Below, piece by piece: positions 9,584 to 19,134 of a stretch of 59,365 nucleotides of DNA (position 1 is its first letter; each line of letters starts with the position of its first letter). The DNA lies in assembly GCA_016763755.1 (NCBI GenBank), contig JAESTD010000086.1:1-59365 (forward strand), given 5' to 3'. The stretch comes from Mucilaginibacter sp. GTDB taxonomy: Bacteria > Bacteroidota > Bacteroidia > Sphingobacteriales > Sphingobacteriaceae. The notes below the pieces were generated by a model. The model did not search any database and had not been told where the DNA came from. It saw nothing but the letters and a program-made list of their open reading frames with translations. A program made the translations under genes and the position numbers.

Positions 9584-11995
9584 GTGCTTAGCATCCTTAA
9601 AAAAGAAATAACAACTTATCTCAGTTCGTTGGTGGCGTATATCACCATTGGCGTGTTTTTACTGGTGCTTGGTTTGTTTTTGTGGGTTTTCCCCGATACC
9701 AGTATTTTGGCTTACGGCTACGCCGGGTTAGAGAGCCTTTTTAGCACAGCGCCTTACCTGTTCATGTTCCTGGTGCCGGCGGTTACCATGCGTTCATTGG
9801 CAGAGGAGCGCAAAGAAGGGACTTTTGAGTTGCTGCTTACCCGCCCGCTTACCAACATTCAGATCGTACTGGGTAAGTATTTGGCAGGTGTTCTTATCGT
9901 ATTGTTTGCGTTATTGCCTACGCTGGTTTACTACTTCAGTGTATCAACCCTGGGTACCCCGCAGGGCAATATTGATACGGGTGCAGTTATTGGCTCATAC
10001 ATAGGCTTGTTTCTATTGGGTGCGGTATTTACAGCAATAGGTGTTTTCGCTTCGTCGGTGAGTAAAACACAGGTAATTGCCTTTACCATTGCTGTTTTCC
10101 TTTGTTTCTTTTTCTACAGCGGATTCGATTCGCTGAATACTATACTTTCTTTGCAGAACCTTGGTTTGCAAAACCTGGGTATCACGGAGCATTATAATTC
10201 TATCAGCCGTGGCGTGCTGGATACCCGCGATCTGATGTATTTCTTGGTGGTGATAGCCTTTTTTATCTGGCTAACACTTTTTGTGCTATACAAGCAGCAA
10301 GGCCGCAAATTTGCGGGCACTGCGTTTTTAAGTTCATTAGGCATTTTGTTGGGTTTGATAGTCGTAACTGTATTATCCGCCAAAATCTTTACCCGTTTTG
10401 ATTTTACCAAAGAGAAGCGCTTTACCATATCGCCCATCAGCAGGAATATCATGCAAAAGTTGCCTAATACGGTGAATATTACCGTTTACCTGCAGGGCGA
10501 TAATTTCCCCGGCGGGATGAAACGCCTGCAAACTTCGGTAAAAGATATGCTGGCCGATCTGCAGGCCTATAGCGAAAGCAAACTCCAATTTGAGTTTATT
10601 GATCCGCTAAAAGGGCTTAATCAAGAGCAGCAGAATCAAAAGCTGGAAGAGCTACAGCAGCAAGGCATCGAGGCGCAAAACCTAAGCGTGAAAACCGACG
10701 ACGGTGTATCGCAGAAGTTGATCATTCCTTTTGCTGCAGTCACTTACGATAAAAAAACTATACCGGTAAAACTACTGGAGACGCAGAGCAACATAAGTCT
10801 CTCACCCGATGAAGTATTGAATAACTCCATCCAAAACCTGGAATACGCATTTTCATCAGCCATAAAGAAGGCAACCAGCGGCGGCAGGCAGCGCATCGGT
10901 TTTACAGAAGGCCATAAGGAATTAAATGACCGCGAGCTAAACGGCGCTACGCAAAGCCTTAGCGATGGTTATTTGGTAGGTCGTGTTAACCTTGCCACTA
11001 TCCCGTTCGACAGCCTGGCTAAAATAAGCCTTTTAGTTGTTGCCAAGCCTGATAAAGCCTTTAACGAAGCCGAGAAGTTTAAACTCGACCAGTTTATTAT
11101 GCGCGGTGGCCGCGTGCTATGGGCCATCGACCAGGTAAGCGCCGAGCTGGACAGCCTGCGCCAAAAAGGCGAAGACCAATTGGCATTCAACAAACAAATC
11201 AATTTAGACGATCAGTTGTTCAATTACGGCGTGCGGATCAATTATGATCTGCTGGCCGATATGAATTGTTCGCAGATACCGGTAACGACAGGCAATGCAG
11301 GCGGGCAACCGCAGATCCAAATGCTGCCCTGGTTGTTTAACCCTATATTCCTGCCGTTTGCCAAGCATCCGATAGTGAAAAATCTTGATGGCATCAGCAG
11401 TCAGTTTGCCAGTACCATTGATGTGCTGGGCGCTAAAAACATCAAATCGACGGTGTTGTTAACTTCATCACCGTACAACAAAACATTAAGCGCCCCGCAT
11501 ATGCTGTCGCTGCGCTCATTGGAGCAGGAGCCTGATCCCAAAGAATTTCAAAGTCAGCCAAAAATTACCGGCGTATTGTTGGAAGGGGAGTTTATTTCCG
11601 ATTTCAGGAACCGCCCTGTGCCCGAAGGAATAAGTGATAAAATTGAGCCTCTACAAAAGAGCAAGCCAACCAAAATGATCGTACTGAGCGATGGTGATAT
11701 CCTGCGCAATCAGGTAAGTGCCGATGGTTCACCGTTTCCGTTAGGTTACGACCGTTATACCCGCCAAACCTACGGCAACAAGAACCTGCTGCTTAACATC
11801 GCCGACTACATGACAGATGATTCGGGCCTTATCACTTTGCATTCTAAAGAGATACAGATGCGCCTGCTTAACCGTGCCCGTATCCGCGAGGAAAAGCTGT
11901 TCTGGCAGCTGGTAAATATTATTGTACCGATAGCTTTAGTGTTGATATTTGCTATTTTTCAACATTATTTACGCAAGCGAAAGTATGCCCGTTAA
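9584..11995 (+). CDS. gldG: Fused gliding-motility ABC transporter permease GldF + accessory GldG
   Basis: GTG start. N-terminal ~235 aa is GldF-like (TMRSLAEERKEGTFELLLTRP); the rest is GldG-like (RFDFTKEKRFTIS, GFTEGHKE, C-terminal TM). Lies upstream of dnaN as in other Bacteroidota. Confidence 0.88.
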   Translation: MLSILKKEITTYLSSLVAYITIGVFLLVLGLFLWVFPDTSILAYGYAGLESLFSTAPYLFMFLVPAVTMRSLAEERKEGTFELLLTRPLTNIQIVLGKYLAGVLIVLFALLPTLVYYFSVSTLGTPQGNIDTGAVIGSYIGLFLLGAVFTAIGVFASSVSKTQVIAFTIAVFLCFFFYSGFDSLNTILSLQNLGLQNLGITEHYNSISRGVLDTRDLMYFLVVIAFFIWLTLFVLYKQQGRKFAGTAFLSSLGILLGLIVVTVLSAKIFTRFDFTKEKRFTISPISRNIMQKLPNTVNITVYLQGDNFPGGMKRLQTSVKDMLADLQAYSESKLQFEFIDPLKGLNQEQQNQKLEELQQQGIEAQNLSVKTDDGVSQKLIIPFAAVTYDKKTIPVKLLETQSNISLSPDEVLNNSIQNLEYAFSSAIKKATSGGRQRIGFTEGHKELNDRELNGATQSLSDGYLVGRVNLATIPFDSLAKISLLVVAKPDKAFNEAEKFKLDQFIMRGGRVLWAIDQVSAELDSLRQKGEDQLAFNKQINLDDQLFNYGVRINYDLLADMNCSQIPVTTGNAGGQPQIQMLPWLFNPIFLPFAKHPIVKNLDGISSQFASTIDVLGAKNIKSTVLLTSSPYNKTLSAPHMLSLRSLEQEPDPKEFQSQPKITGVLLEGEFISDFRNRPVPEGISDKIEPLQKSKPTKMIVLSDGDILRNQVSADGSPFPLGYDRYTRQTYGNKNLLLNIADYMTDDSGLITLHSKEIQMRLLNRARIREEKLFWQLVNIIVPIALVLIFAIFQHYLRKRKYAR

Positions 11996-12020
11996 ATTTT
12001 ATACTTTTGGTAAGACATTT

Positions 12021-12102
12021 CACCTCGCTTTACTCTCTCCGAAGGAGAGGGGCGGAAAGAGGAGTTAAAGTCTTCTCCTTTGGAGAGGATTTAGGAGAGG
12101 CT
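12021..12102. repeat. Family A palindromic repeat (CTCTCC-GAA-GGAGAG hairpin doublet)
   Basis: ctctctccgaaggagagg ... tcttctcctttggagaggatttaggagaggc; related copies at 18441, 18871, 40905 and 58209. Confidence 0.8.
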
Positions 12103-12136
12103 TTTTTATACTTTTGAGAGATAAACGTTACACCAT

Positions 12137-13261
12137 ATGAGATTTATTGTTTCCACATCAACATTACTCAAACAGTTACAGTCGGTAAGCGGCGCGCTGA
12201 GCAACAGCACCGTATTGCCTATACTGGAGAACTTTTTGTTTGAGATCAAAGACGGGAACTTAACCATTTCTGCTACCGACCTGCAGACCAGCATGACCAC
12301 ATCGCTTGCTGTAGAAGCGAAAGAGAACGGCCGTATAGCCATCCCTTCGCGTATATTATTAGATACCTTAAAATCGTTACCGGAGCAGCCGGTGGCTTTC
12401 TCTGTTGATGACAGCACCTTCGCTATTGAAATAAGCGCAGGTGATGGTAAATACAAACTGAGCGGCGAGAATGGCGAGGATTTTCCAAAGATCCCGGTTG
12501 TTGAGAACGCATCATGAGTAAACCTGCCTGCTTCAGTATTAGGCGAGGCCATCAATAAAACCATCTTTGCAGTTAGTAACGATGAGTTACGCCCTGCCAT
12601 GACGGGTGTATTTTGCCAGTTAACCACATCATCATTAACCTTTGTGGCTACTGATGCGCATAAACTGGTACGCTACCGTCGTAAAGATGCTAAGGCGGAG
12701 AGCACTACATCATTCATCCTGCCTAAAAAAGCTTTAACGTTGTTAAAATCGTCCTTACCGGCCGATGATGTTAACGTTTCTGTAGAATATAACAGCACCA
12801 GCGCTTTCTTCAAATTCGGCAACATCAATTTGGTTTGCCGTTTAATTGATGAGCGTTATCCTGATTATGAGGCGGTTATCCCGAAAGAGAACCCTAACAA
12901 ACTGGCTATCGATCGTTTATCGTTCCTTGGCTCATTAAGCCGTGTGGCTATCTACGCTAACAAAACCACCCACCAGGTGCGTTTAAAGATCAGCGGCAGC
13001 GAGTTGAACATTTCATCAGAAGATATCGACTTTGCTAATGAAGCACACGAGCGTTTAACCTGCCAGTACGAAGGTGATGATCTGGAAATTGGATTCAATG
13101 CACGCTTCTTGATAGAAATGCTGAAAAACCTGAGCTGCGAAGAAGTATCGCTTGAAATGTCGACCCCTAACCGTGCCGGTTTATTACTGCCACAAGGCGG
13201 CGACGAGAACGAAGACATATTAATGCTGGTTATGCCGGTTATGCTGAATAGCTATGCGTAG
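12137..13261 (+). pseudogene. dnaN: DNA polymerase III beta sliding clamp, interrupted as sequenced by an in-frame TGA (probable sequence error)
   Basis: 375-codon frame MRFIVS...LVMPVMLNSYA; TGA at 12515-12517 (codon 127, ENAS*VNLPASVLGEAINKT), one base from TCA (Ser). Confidence 0.93.
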
Positions 13262-13262
13262 T

Positions 13263-13350
13263 TTGGTTGATTGGTTAATTGGAGATTAGTGATTAGGTAT
13301 TTGATTTTGACGATAAAACTAATCTCTGATCACAAATCACTAATCATCAC
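13263..13350. repeat. Mirrored short tandem repeats (TTGGTTRA/TAGTGAT vs CTAATC/ATCAC)
   Basis: ttggttgattggttaattggagattagtgattag ... ctaatctctgatcacaaatcactaatca. Confidence 0.55.
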
Positions 13351-13380
13351 AAAAAAGTCTGGTATCAGCCGGACTTTTTT
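13351..13380 (+). terminator. Intrinsic terminator after dnaN
   Basis: AAAAAAGTCTGG-TATCAG-CCGGACTTTTTT. Confidence 0.75.
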
Positions 13381-13381
13381 G

Positions 13382-13409
13382 TGTAACACTATAACATTTG
13401 TTACCGTAA
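13382..13409 (+). promoter_or_regulatory. Candidate ECF sigma promoter TGTAAC-N17-CGTAA
   Basis: Same motif occurs upstream of the ECF sigma gene (35978-36006) and at 36550 and 38830. Confidence 0.6.
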
Positions 13410-13437
13410 TTGAGTTATATAGCATCTGCTTTTGATA

Positions 13438-14120
13438 ATGAATTTAAAACTGTTTGTTTTTGCCGTATTTGTTGCCGTATGTATGTTTGTTGCCTGTAAA
13501 AAAGGCGATGACAGTACTGGTGTAAGGCAGTACACAAGTGTAAACTTTATTAACACTACGGCCGATACAGTCAATGCTTATGTGAATGGCAGCAGGGTAA
13601 ATACTACAAACGCATTATTTCCCTTAGGTTCATCAGGCTACATTAATGCTTTGCTCGGTAAGCAAAACTATCAGGTACGTAAAAACGGCAAACCCGATGT
13701 TCTTTTCAACACAGCTATATCACTTGATACGGGGAAGGTGTAGTCTTTTTTATCACTGGAAACACCTCTAACGATGCTTTTGAAGATGCTGATACGCTTA
13801 GTAGCGCCACACCGGATACAACATTGATTCGTTTTGTACATACATCGCCCAGTGTAGGGAACATTGATGTAATGGTAGGAGATACCCTCACTTTTACAAA
13901 TACCACTTACAAATCTATTTCAGAATTTTTTCCTACCGGCGCAGGCCAAAGGCGCATACGTATATACAAAGCAGGGGTAGCCCACAGCACGGCTACATTA
14001 TTAGTTGATGAAACCCGGCTGTTAACGGCAAGCAGGGCTTATACTTTGTATACAAAAAGCGGCTTAACTGCCAACGGCCCAACCACCACCACCGGAACCG
14101 GTATTGTAGTTAACAGATAA
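13438..14120 (+). pseudogene. DUF4397-like lipoprotein, split by a 1-nt frameshift near 13741
   Basis: Lipobox FVAC. Frame 1 stops at TAG 13741-13743; the -1 frame continues VFFITGN...IRFVHTSPSVGNIDV to 14120. Paralogous to the next gene. Confidence 0.75.
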
Positions 14121-14124
14121 CAGC

Positions 14125-14877
14125 ATGGCCAACAGAAATAAAAATAGTTTAATGGTATATCTGCTCCTTTTTACCATCGGAGTAATGGGCCTGCCGTTAT
14201 TAAGCTCATGCGGTAAAAGCGAAGGCATTAGCAGCAGTAACAACAATGCCCGCCTGGGTATAGTTAATTTGAGCAATGATGTGCAGCCTTTTAAATTATA
14301 CGCCCGCTTCATAGCTCAGGGTACTGCTACTTATAGCTATCCAAACGCATCAACCTACACCCTTATAAACGTTGCCGATACACCGGTGCAAGTACGCACG
14401 GCGCAAACATCTAACAACTTAAATCCAATCAACCTTCTTACCTTAAACCGAGGTTTTGTGCGCAATGTACCTTACACATTATTTGTAATGGGGTTAAGGA
14501 AAGATAGTTCGCTGGCGGCTGTAATAACGGTTGATACATCATCACTACCAGCCAATGGGCGCGGTAAGATAAGGCTGGTTAACGCTGTTGCTAACGTTCC
14601 ATCAGGAGTAAACCTTACACTTAATGATACAGTGGCTTTCAGAAGTGTTCGTTTTAAGGGCGTCACCGATTTTGTTGAGGTAACAGCAGGAACCTACAAT
14701 ATAAACGTAGTACCCAGTAACAATCCTTCAACACCGCTAAAAGACCTTTCTAATTTTACTATTCTCGATGGTAAAACATACACTATTTACAGTTATGGTT
14801 TATCATCAGGCTCAGATACCGCTTCATATGGTATCAACACAATATTGAACACATTGCCACCCAATACACGTTATTAA
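14125..14877 (+). CDS. DUF4397 domain lipoprotein
   Basis: Lipobox LSSC; two repeats with RL.IVN / IRLVNA...YT.Y pattern. Confidence 0.75.
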   Translation: MANRNKNSLMVYLLLFTIGVMGLPLLSSCGKSEGISSSNNNARLGIVNLSNDVQPFKLYARFIAQGTATYSYPNASTYTLINVADTPVQVRTAQTSNNLNPINLLTLNRGFVRNVPYTLFVMGLRKDSSLAAVITVDTSSLPANGRGKIRLVNAVANVPSGVNLTLNDTVAFRSVRFKGVTDFVEVTAGTYNINVVPSNNPSTPLKDLSNFTILDGKTYTIYSYGLSSGSDTASYGINTILNTLPPNTRY

Positions 14878-14924
14878 TTGCCTTAGTGCTTTATCTTTAT
14901 ATTTTTGCACAAAAATTTTAAGCT

Positions 14925-15587
14925 CTGGAAGTAGTACACAGCATCATCGATTTTATACTGCATATTGATAAACACCTGGCCCAGATCATTAGCCAGTATC
15001 AAAGCTGGACATACCTTATCCTTTTCGTCATCATATTTGCCGAGACCGGTTTTGTAGTAACCCCATTTCTTCCCGGCGATTCGTTGCTGTTTGCAGCCGG
15101 CGCGCTGATTGCTGGTGGCGCTACAGGCATGGATGTAAACCTGCTTTGTGTGATCCTGATGGTATCAGCTGTGTTGGGTAATACCGTTAACTACTTGTTA
15201 GGTAAATACTTGGGGGATAAAGTTTTTAAAGAAGAGAATAAGGTATTAAAGCTAAGCTACTACCTTAAAACCAAAGCATTTTTTGACAAGCACGGTGGCA
15301 AGGCGGTTATCTTTAGCAGGTTTGTGCCGATAATACGCACCATAGCGCCGTTTGTAGCCGGGGTAGGGCAAATGCCTTTTGGTAGATATAGTTTGTATAA
15401 CATCCTCGGCGGCGTGTCGTGGATCATTATTTTCCTTTACGGCGGTTACCTGTTCGGTAACGTTGAATTTATTCAGAAGAATTTCTCGCTGGTGGCTATC
15501 GTTATTATTCTCGTATCCTTACTTCCACCAATTTTTGCTTACGCGAAAAGTCGTATGACAAAAAAGGAAAAGGTGAATATGGAGTAG
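14925..15587 (+). CDS. DedA family membrane protein (start extended to CTG at 14925)
   Basis: Open frame upstream of the track ORF gives (M)EVVHSIIDFILHIDKHL...FAETGFVVTPFLPGDSLLF; RFVPIIRT motif; in-frame TAA at 14919. Confidence 0.88.
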   Translation: MEVVHSIIDFILHIDKHLAQIISQYQSWTYLILFVIIFAETGFVVTPFLPGDSLLFAAGALIAGGATGMDVNLLCVILMVSAVLGNTVNYLLGKYLGDKVFKEENKVLKLSYYLKTKAFFDKHGGKAVIFSRFVPIIRTIAPFVAGVGQMPFGRYSLYNILGGVSWIIIFLYGGYLFGNVEFIQKNFSLVAIVIILVSLLPPIFAYAKSRMTKKEKVNME

Positions 15588-15594
15588 TTGTCAT

Positions 15595-16020
15595 TTAAGG
15601 GTCGCAAGCTTTAAATTTTAAATTTTTACCGCTTCCGGTAAAACAATGCAATTGCTGCCATGCAGGAAGTTTGCGCCATTTACGCCATTGGGTAAGGGTG
15701 AGCAGTTGTTCCCCGTTCTCGTCGCCAGTTATTAAGTCGAGATAAAATATTTTGCCGGTTTTGGCATCAACATAAAAATCCATGCTTGTCCTGAATTGTT
15801 CCAGATTAGCTAAGCCCACCTTTATCCAATAGTAGTTAAAATCCCTATCAGGTTTGCGTGCCACCATCAATTCAGGCTGAGATTTTCTGGCCGTATGCAT
15901 AAAGGATTTTGTTTCCGGTAGAGCGCGCACTTTGTCCACTGCAATATTCTCTGCTTTATTTTGGCTAAAGGCTACGCCCGATGTTGCAAGCAGGCAGATA
16001 GAAATGATAAAGTTTTTCAC
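15595..16020 (-). CDS. Hypothetical secreted protein
   Basis: 141 aa; signal peptide ending AFS-Q; overlaps the stop of the upstream gene. Confidence 0.65.
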   Translation of the reverse strand: MKNFIISICLLATSGVAFSQNKAENIAVDKVRALPETKSFMHTARKSQPELMVARKPDRDFNYYWIKVGLANLEQFRTSMDFYVDAKTGKIFYLDLITGDENGEQLLTLTQWRKWRKLPAWQQLHCFTGSGKNLKFKACDP

Positions 16021-16991
16021 AGGTTTTGATTTTGATTTAAGATAGCCACTTTGCCAGCTTTAAACAAAACCTCTTCACGCTCTATCCTTTTGCGTTCTTC
16101 TGTAGTTAACGGCTTTACAATCAGTTTATTCAGATTCGGCTGGCCTGCGTCGACCCAGGCCGAGAACCAAAAGCTACCCACGCTTAATATCGAAGCCCGC
16201 ATTTGCCTTTGCGCCATACCGTGTAGAAGTTTGTGGTAGGCTCTGCTGTAGGCAACCGAGTAAACTTTTACTTTACGATTTTCCCTTTGCTCCATCGCAT
16301 ATTTCTGCAGTGGCGGGAAGCTTTTGTTCAGTGCTCTTTCAACGCGTAAAACGGTATCCACTTTTTTGTATGAGCTCATACAAATTTTAAACGCCTCTGC
16401 CAGCGGATTGCTGATATACTTTGCCTTGCCTACGTTGTAATGATATCCATTTGCAAAAAGTTCGGGAAGGCGGCTTTCCCAAAGCGAGTGGATGCCTTGC
16501 TGATTAGTTAATTGCCCGTCGTAGTTTTGAGTAAGATGCAGGGGTGTATGCGCATCAGAAATATAATGTGCCAGGTTAGCCGAGGTAATGAGGATGCCGG
16601 TAGTATCGTGCGCTTTAAATGCCTTTACCAGCCAATAGTAATTGCTGGTGATGACCCAGGGAACGGTGCCGTATTTATTCAGCGTGTCCGTCGAGTATTT
16701 GGCTGCTGCATCTATTCAATGCTGCGGCATTACTTTAAAGGGCCGCTTACCATAATGGTCGGCATCGAAGAAATGATGTGGGGCTTCGGTCGAGTCGATA
16801 TAGCGCTTTTTATCGGCGCTCACGGCATGCTCGGTTATAAATTGGATGTTGGCCTTGTAAAATTCTGCCATGCCTTTAGGGAGCGTAAAAACCGCCAACC
16901 GGTTAATGCGGTAATGCGCAAAGAAACCCCATGAACAACAGGTGATGATAACTGTAATGCAGGCGATAGAGGTTAAAAGCAGGCGCTTCAT
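16017..16991 (-). pseudogene. Zinc-dependent phospholipase C / S1-P1 nuclease family protein, interrupted by an in-frame TGA
   Basis: 325-codon frame; WGFFAH mature N-terminus, HYISDAHTPLH, GIHSLWESRLPE; single TGA at 16716-16718 (MPQH*IDAAAKY), one base from TGG. Confidence 0.82.
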
Positions 16992-17057
16992 GGTTGGCTA
17001 AAGATAGGGAAACTTGTTGTTCTGTTAGAGAAAGTCATTGCGGGTTATAACTTACGC

Positions 17058-17140
17058 GCCATGTTGAACTTGTTTAAGCACTCCCACTCGCCAAGCACGG
17101 TGCTAATCTTGTGGGATCCCGAAATAAATTCGGGATGACA
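17058..17140. repeat. Family B palindromic repeat (G[T/C]CAT...ATGAC bounded)
   Basis: gccatgttgaacttgtttaagca ... gatcccgaaataaattcgggatgaca. Confidence 0.7.
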
Positions 17141-17269
17141 TTAAGTGTTCTGTTATCTTCTTATCCTTAAATCGATGTTAAAAACTCTCCAATAAAATCC
17201 GTAAAAACTATTGCATAATAAAAATTCTCTGACTATATTTGCAGCCTTAAAAAAGAATAACAAGCTACA

Positions 17270-17524
17270 ATGGCAAATCATAAATCATCAATTAAAAGAA
17301 TCAGGGCAAACGCTGCGAAGCGTCTGCGTAACAGGTATCAGGCTAAAACAACCAGGAACGCTGTTAAAAAATTAAGAAGTTCAACTACTAAAGCTGATGC
17401 TACTCCGCTTTTAGCTAAAGTGATCTCTATGCTTGACCGTTTGGCTAAAAAGAACGTTATTCACAAAAACAAAGCTTCAAACAATAAATCGAAGCTTACT
17501 AAATTTGTTAACGGCTTAAGCTAA
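17270..17524 (+). CDS. rpsT: 30S ribosomal protein S20
   Basis: [12 protein letters not shown]...[13 protein letters not shown]. Confidence 0.98.
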   Translation: MANHKSSIKRIRANAAKRLRNRYQAKTTRNAVKKLRSSTTKADATPLLAKVISMLDRLAKKNVIHKNKASNNKSKLTKFVNGLS

Positions 17525-17546
17525 TAGCTTAATCAACAATATTTTT

Positions 17547-17581
17547 AAAAGGGATGGTGCCATAGGCGCCATCCCTTTTTT
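17547..17581 (+). terminator. Intrinsic terminator after rpsT
   Basis: AAAAGGGATGGTGCC-ATA-GGCGCCATCCCTTTTT. Confidence 0.85.
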
Positions 17582-17740
17582 GTTATAAGAAATTTTTTGA
17601 ACCATGATTTACCTGATTCAAGGATTGTCTTGATTTGTCATGTTGATTCTTTAATCCCATAAATCAAGGTTCAACACAAAACTGCGAAAGTTGGTGCTAC
17701 AATCTATTTACCCTATTTTAGTCTTCTAATCCTAAACCAA

Positions 17741-18439
17741 TTGGAAAACTATCAGAATAAGATCAGCATAAAATCCTGGGCAGAAGAAGATCGCCCGCGC
17801 GAGAAACTAAGTGGGCAAGGCCGTCGTGCCCTTACTGATGCCGAGCTCATTGCCATCCTTATTGGCAGCGGCAGCCGTACAGAAACAGCTGTGGAGCTAA
17901 GCAAGCGCATCCTGCTGCATTATAATAACGATCTGAACAAGTTGGGTAAGGCATCCATCAGCGAGTTGTGCAAATTTAAGGGCATCGGCGAAGCTAAAGC
18001 TATTTCTATCATTGCCGCGTTGGAACTGGGTCGGCGACGGGATAGTACCGAGACACCTGTGCCTGATGAGGTAAAATGCAGTCGTGATGGTTATAACATC
18101 ATGCGCCGTCACCTGCGCGATCTGAATCACGAAGAGTTTTGGTTGATGCTTATTGGCCGCTCATCAAAAGTTATCGCCAAAGAACTGGTAAGTAAAGGCG
18201 GCTTAAGCGGTACCGTAGCCGACCCAAAAATCATCTTCCATATGGCCTTGCAACACCAGGCAAGTGGTATCATTTTGGTGCATAACCACCCGTCAGGCAA
18301 TTTAAAGCCAAGCCAGGAAGATCTCAGGCTCACCAAGAAGATTGCAGATGCAGGTCGTTTGCTGGATATAAACGTGCTGGATCATTTAGTATTGACGGAT
18401 AATGGGTATTTCAGTTTTGGAGACGAAGGGCTTTTGTAG
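17741..18439 (+). CDS. radC: RadC family JAB-domain protein
   Basis: DRPREKL, GIGEAKA, HNHPSGNLKPSQED, LDH motifs; TTG start. Confidence 0.95.
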   Translation: MENYQNKISIKSWAEEDRPREKLSGQGRRALTDAELIAILIGSGSRTETAVELSKRILLHYNNDLNKLGKASISELCKFKGIGEAKAISIIAALELGRRRDSTETPVPDEVKCSRDGYNIMRRHLRDLNHEEFWLMLIGRSSKVIAKELVSKGGLSGTVADPKIIFHMALQHQASGIILVHNHPSGNLKPSQEDLRLTKKIADAGRLLDINVLDHLVLTDNGYFSFGDEGLL

Positions 18440-18440
18440 A

Positions 18441-18559
18441 AGCCTCTCCCCAAACCCCTCTCCGAAGGAGAAACCCCACCCAAACCCTCCCCGAAAGGGA
18501 GGGCTTAAAAAAGTGTAAATCAAAAGTTTCCCCTGTCGGGGGAGATTTAGAGGGGGCTT
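18441..18559. repeat. Family A palindromic repeat with a duplicated left arm
   Basis: agcctctccccaaacccctctccgaaggaga + accccacccaaaccctccccgaaagggagggctt ... tcccctgtcgggggagatttagagggggctt. Confidence 0.8.
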
Positions 18560-18617
18560 CTCAAACAACCCGCCTTCCCCTGCGTTCTATCTACACAAAC
18601 TTAAAAACGCAACTACC

Positions 18618-18836
18618 ATGATAAACGCACCCGAAGAACAAGACGATATGCTGCAACAGGATGATCAATTAGGTCAAACTGAAAATGAAGACCAGATGAG
18701 CCAGCAGGACATACACAGCAACGGTTTTGATGATACCAACGAAGATATTGGCGAAACCGACGAAACCGACCAGGCTAACCAGGCTTATGATGCTTCAGAG
18801 CCATCATATACGCTGAATGTTGATGATGATGAATAA
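18618..18836 (+). CDS. Small, highly acidic hypothetical protein
   Basis: 72 aa, 24 D/E, no K/R; A-rich upstream region. Confidence 0.6.
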   Translation: MINAPEEQDDMLQQDDQLGQTENEDQMSQQDIHSNGFDDTNEDIGETDETDQANQAYDASEPSYTLNVDDDE

Positions 18837-18870
18837 ATAAGCTTTAAATTTATAACCCACGCGTCATTGA

Positions 18871-18957
18871 AAGCCTCACCCTTCTCTCTCCAAAGGAGAG
18901 GGTTAAACGAGAAGAGATTTAAAGTCCTCTCCTTTGGAGAGGATTTAGGTGAGGCTT
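18871..18957. repeat. Family A palindromic repeat
   Basis: aagcctcacccttctctctccaaaggagaggg ... gtcctctcctttggagaggatttaggtgaggctt. Confidence 0.8.
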
Positions 18958-18985
18958 ATTCGCAATCGCGTATATACTTATACTA

Positions 18986-19050
18986 TGTCATGGTGAGCCC
19001 TGTCGAACCACTCATCGCACGTTGAGGTCTTCGACAAGCTCAGACTGACA
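18986..19050. repeat. Family B palindromic repeat
   Basis: tgtcatggtgagccctgtcgaa ... ttcgacaagctcagactgaca (inverted arms). Confidence 0.75.
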
Positions 19051-19134
19051 ATTGCTTTTGGTTAAATAGAATCACGGTAATCCTTTAATCCACCTAATCC
19101 CAGTTCAAGACAAAGTTCTATCTTTGCCCTTGCA

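Noticed and set aside
12515-16718. Selenocysteine at the in-frame TGAs
   Set aside because: The positions correspond to Ser and Trp, not a catalytic Cys, and no SECIS-like hairpin was evident.
17741-18439. radC as a marker of an integrated mobile element
   Set aside because: It is the full-length chromosomal type next to rpsT, with no integrase or cargo.
18386-18568. Pro/Gly-rich ORFs over family A repeats (also 40492-40947 and the 5' extension 58153-58365)
   Set aside because: These are repeat-derived shadow frames.
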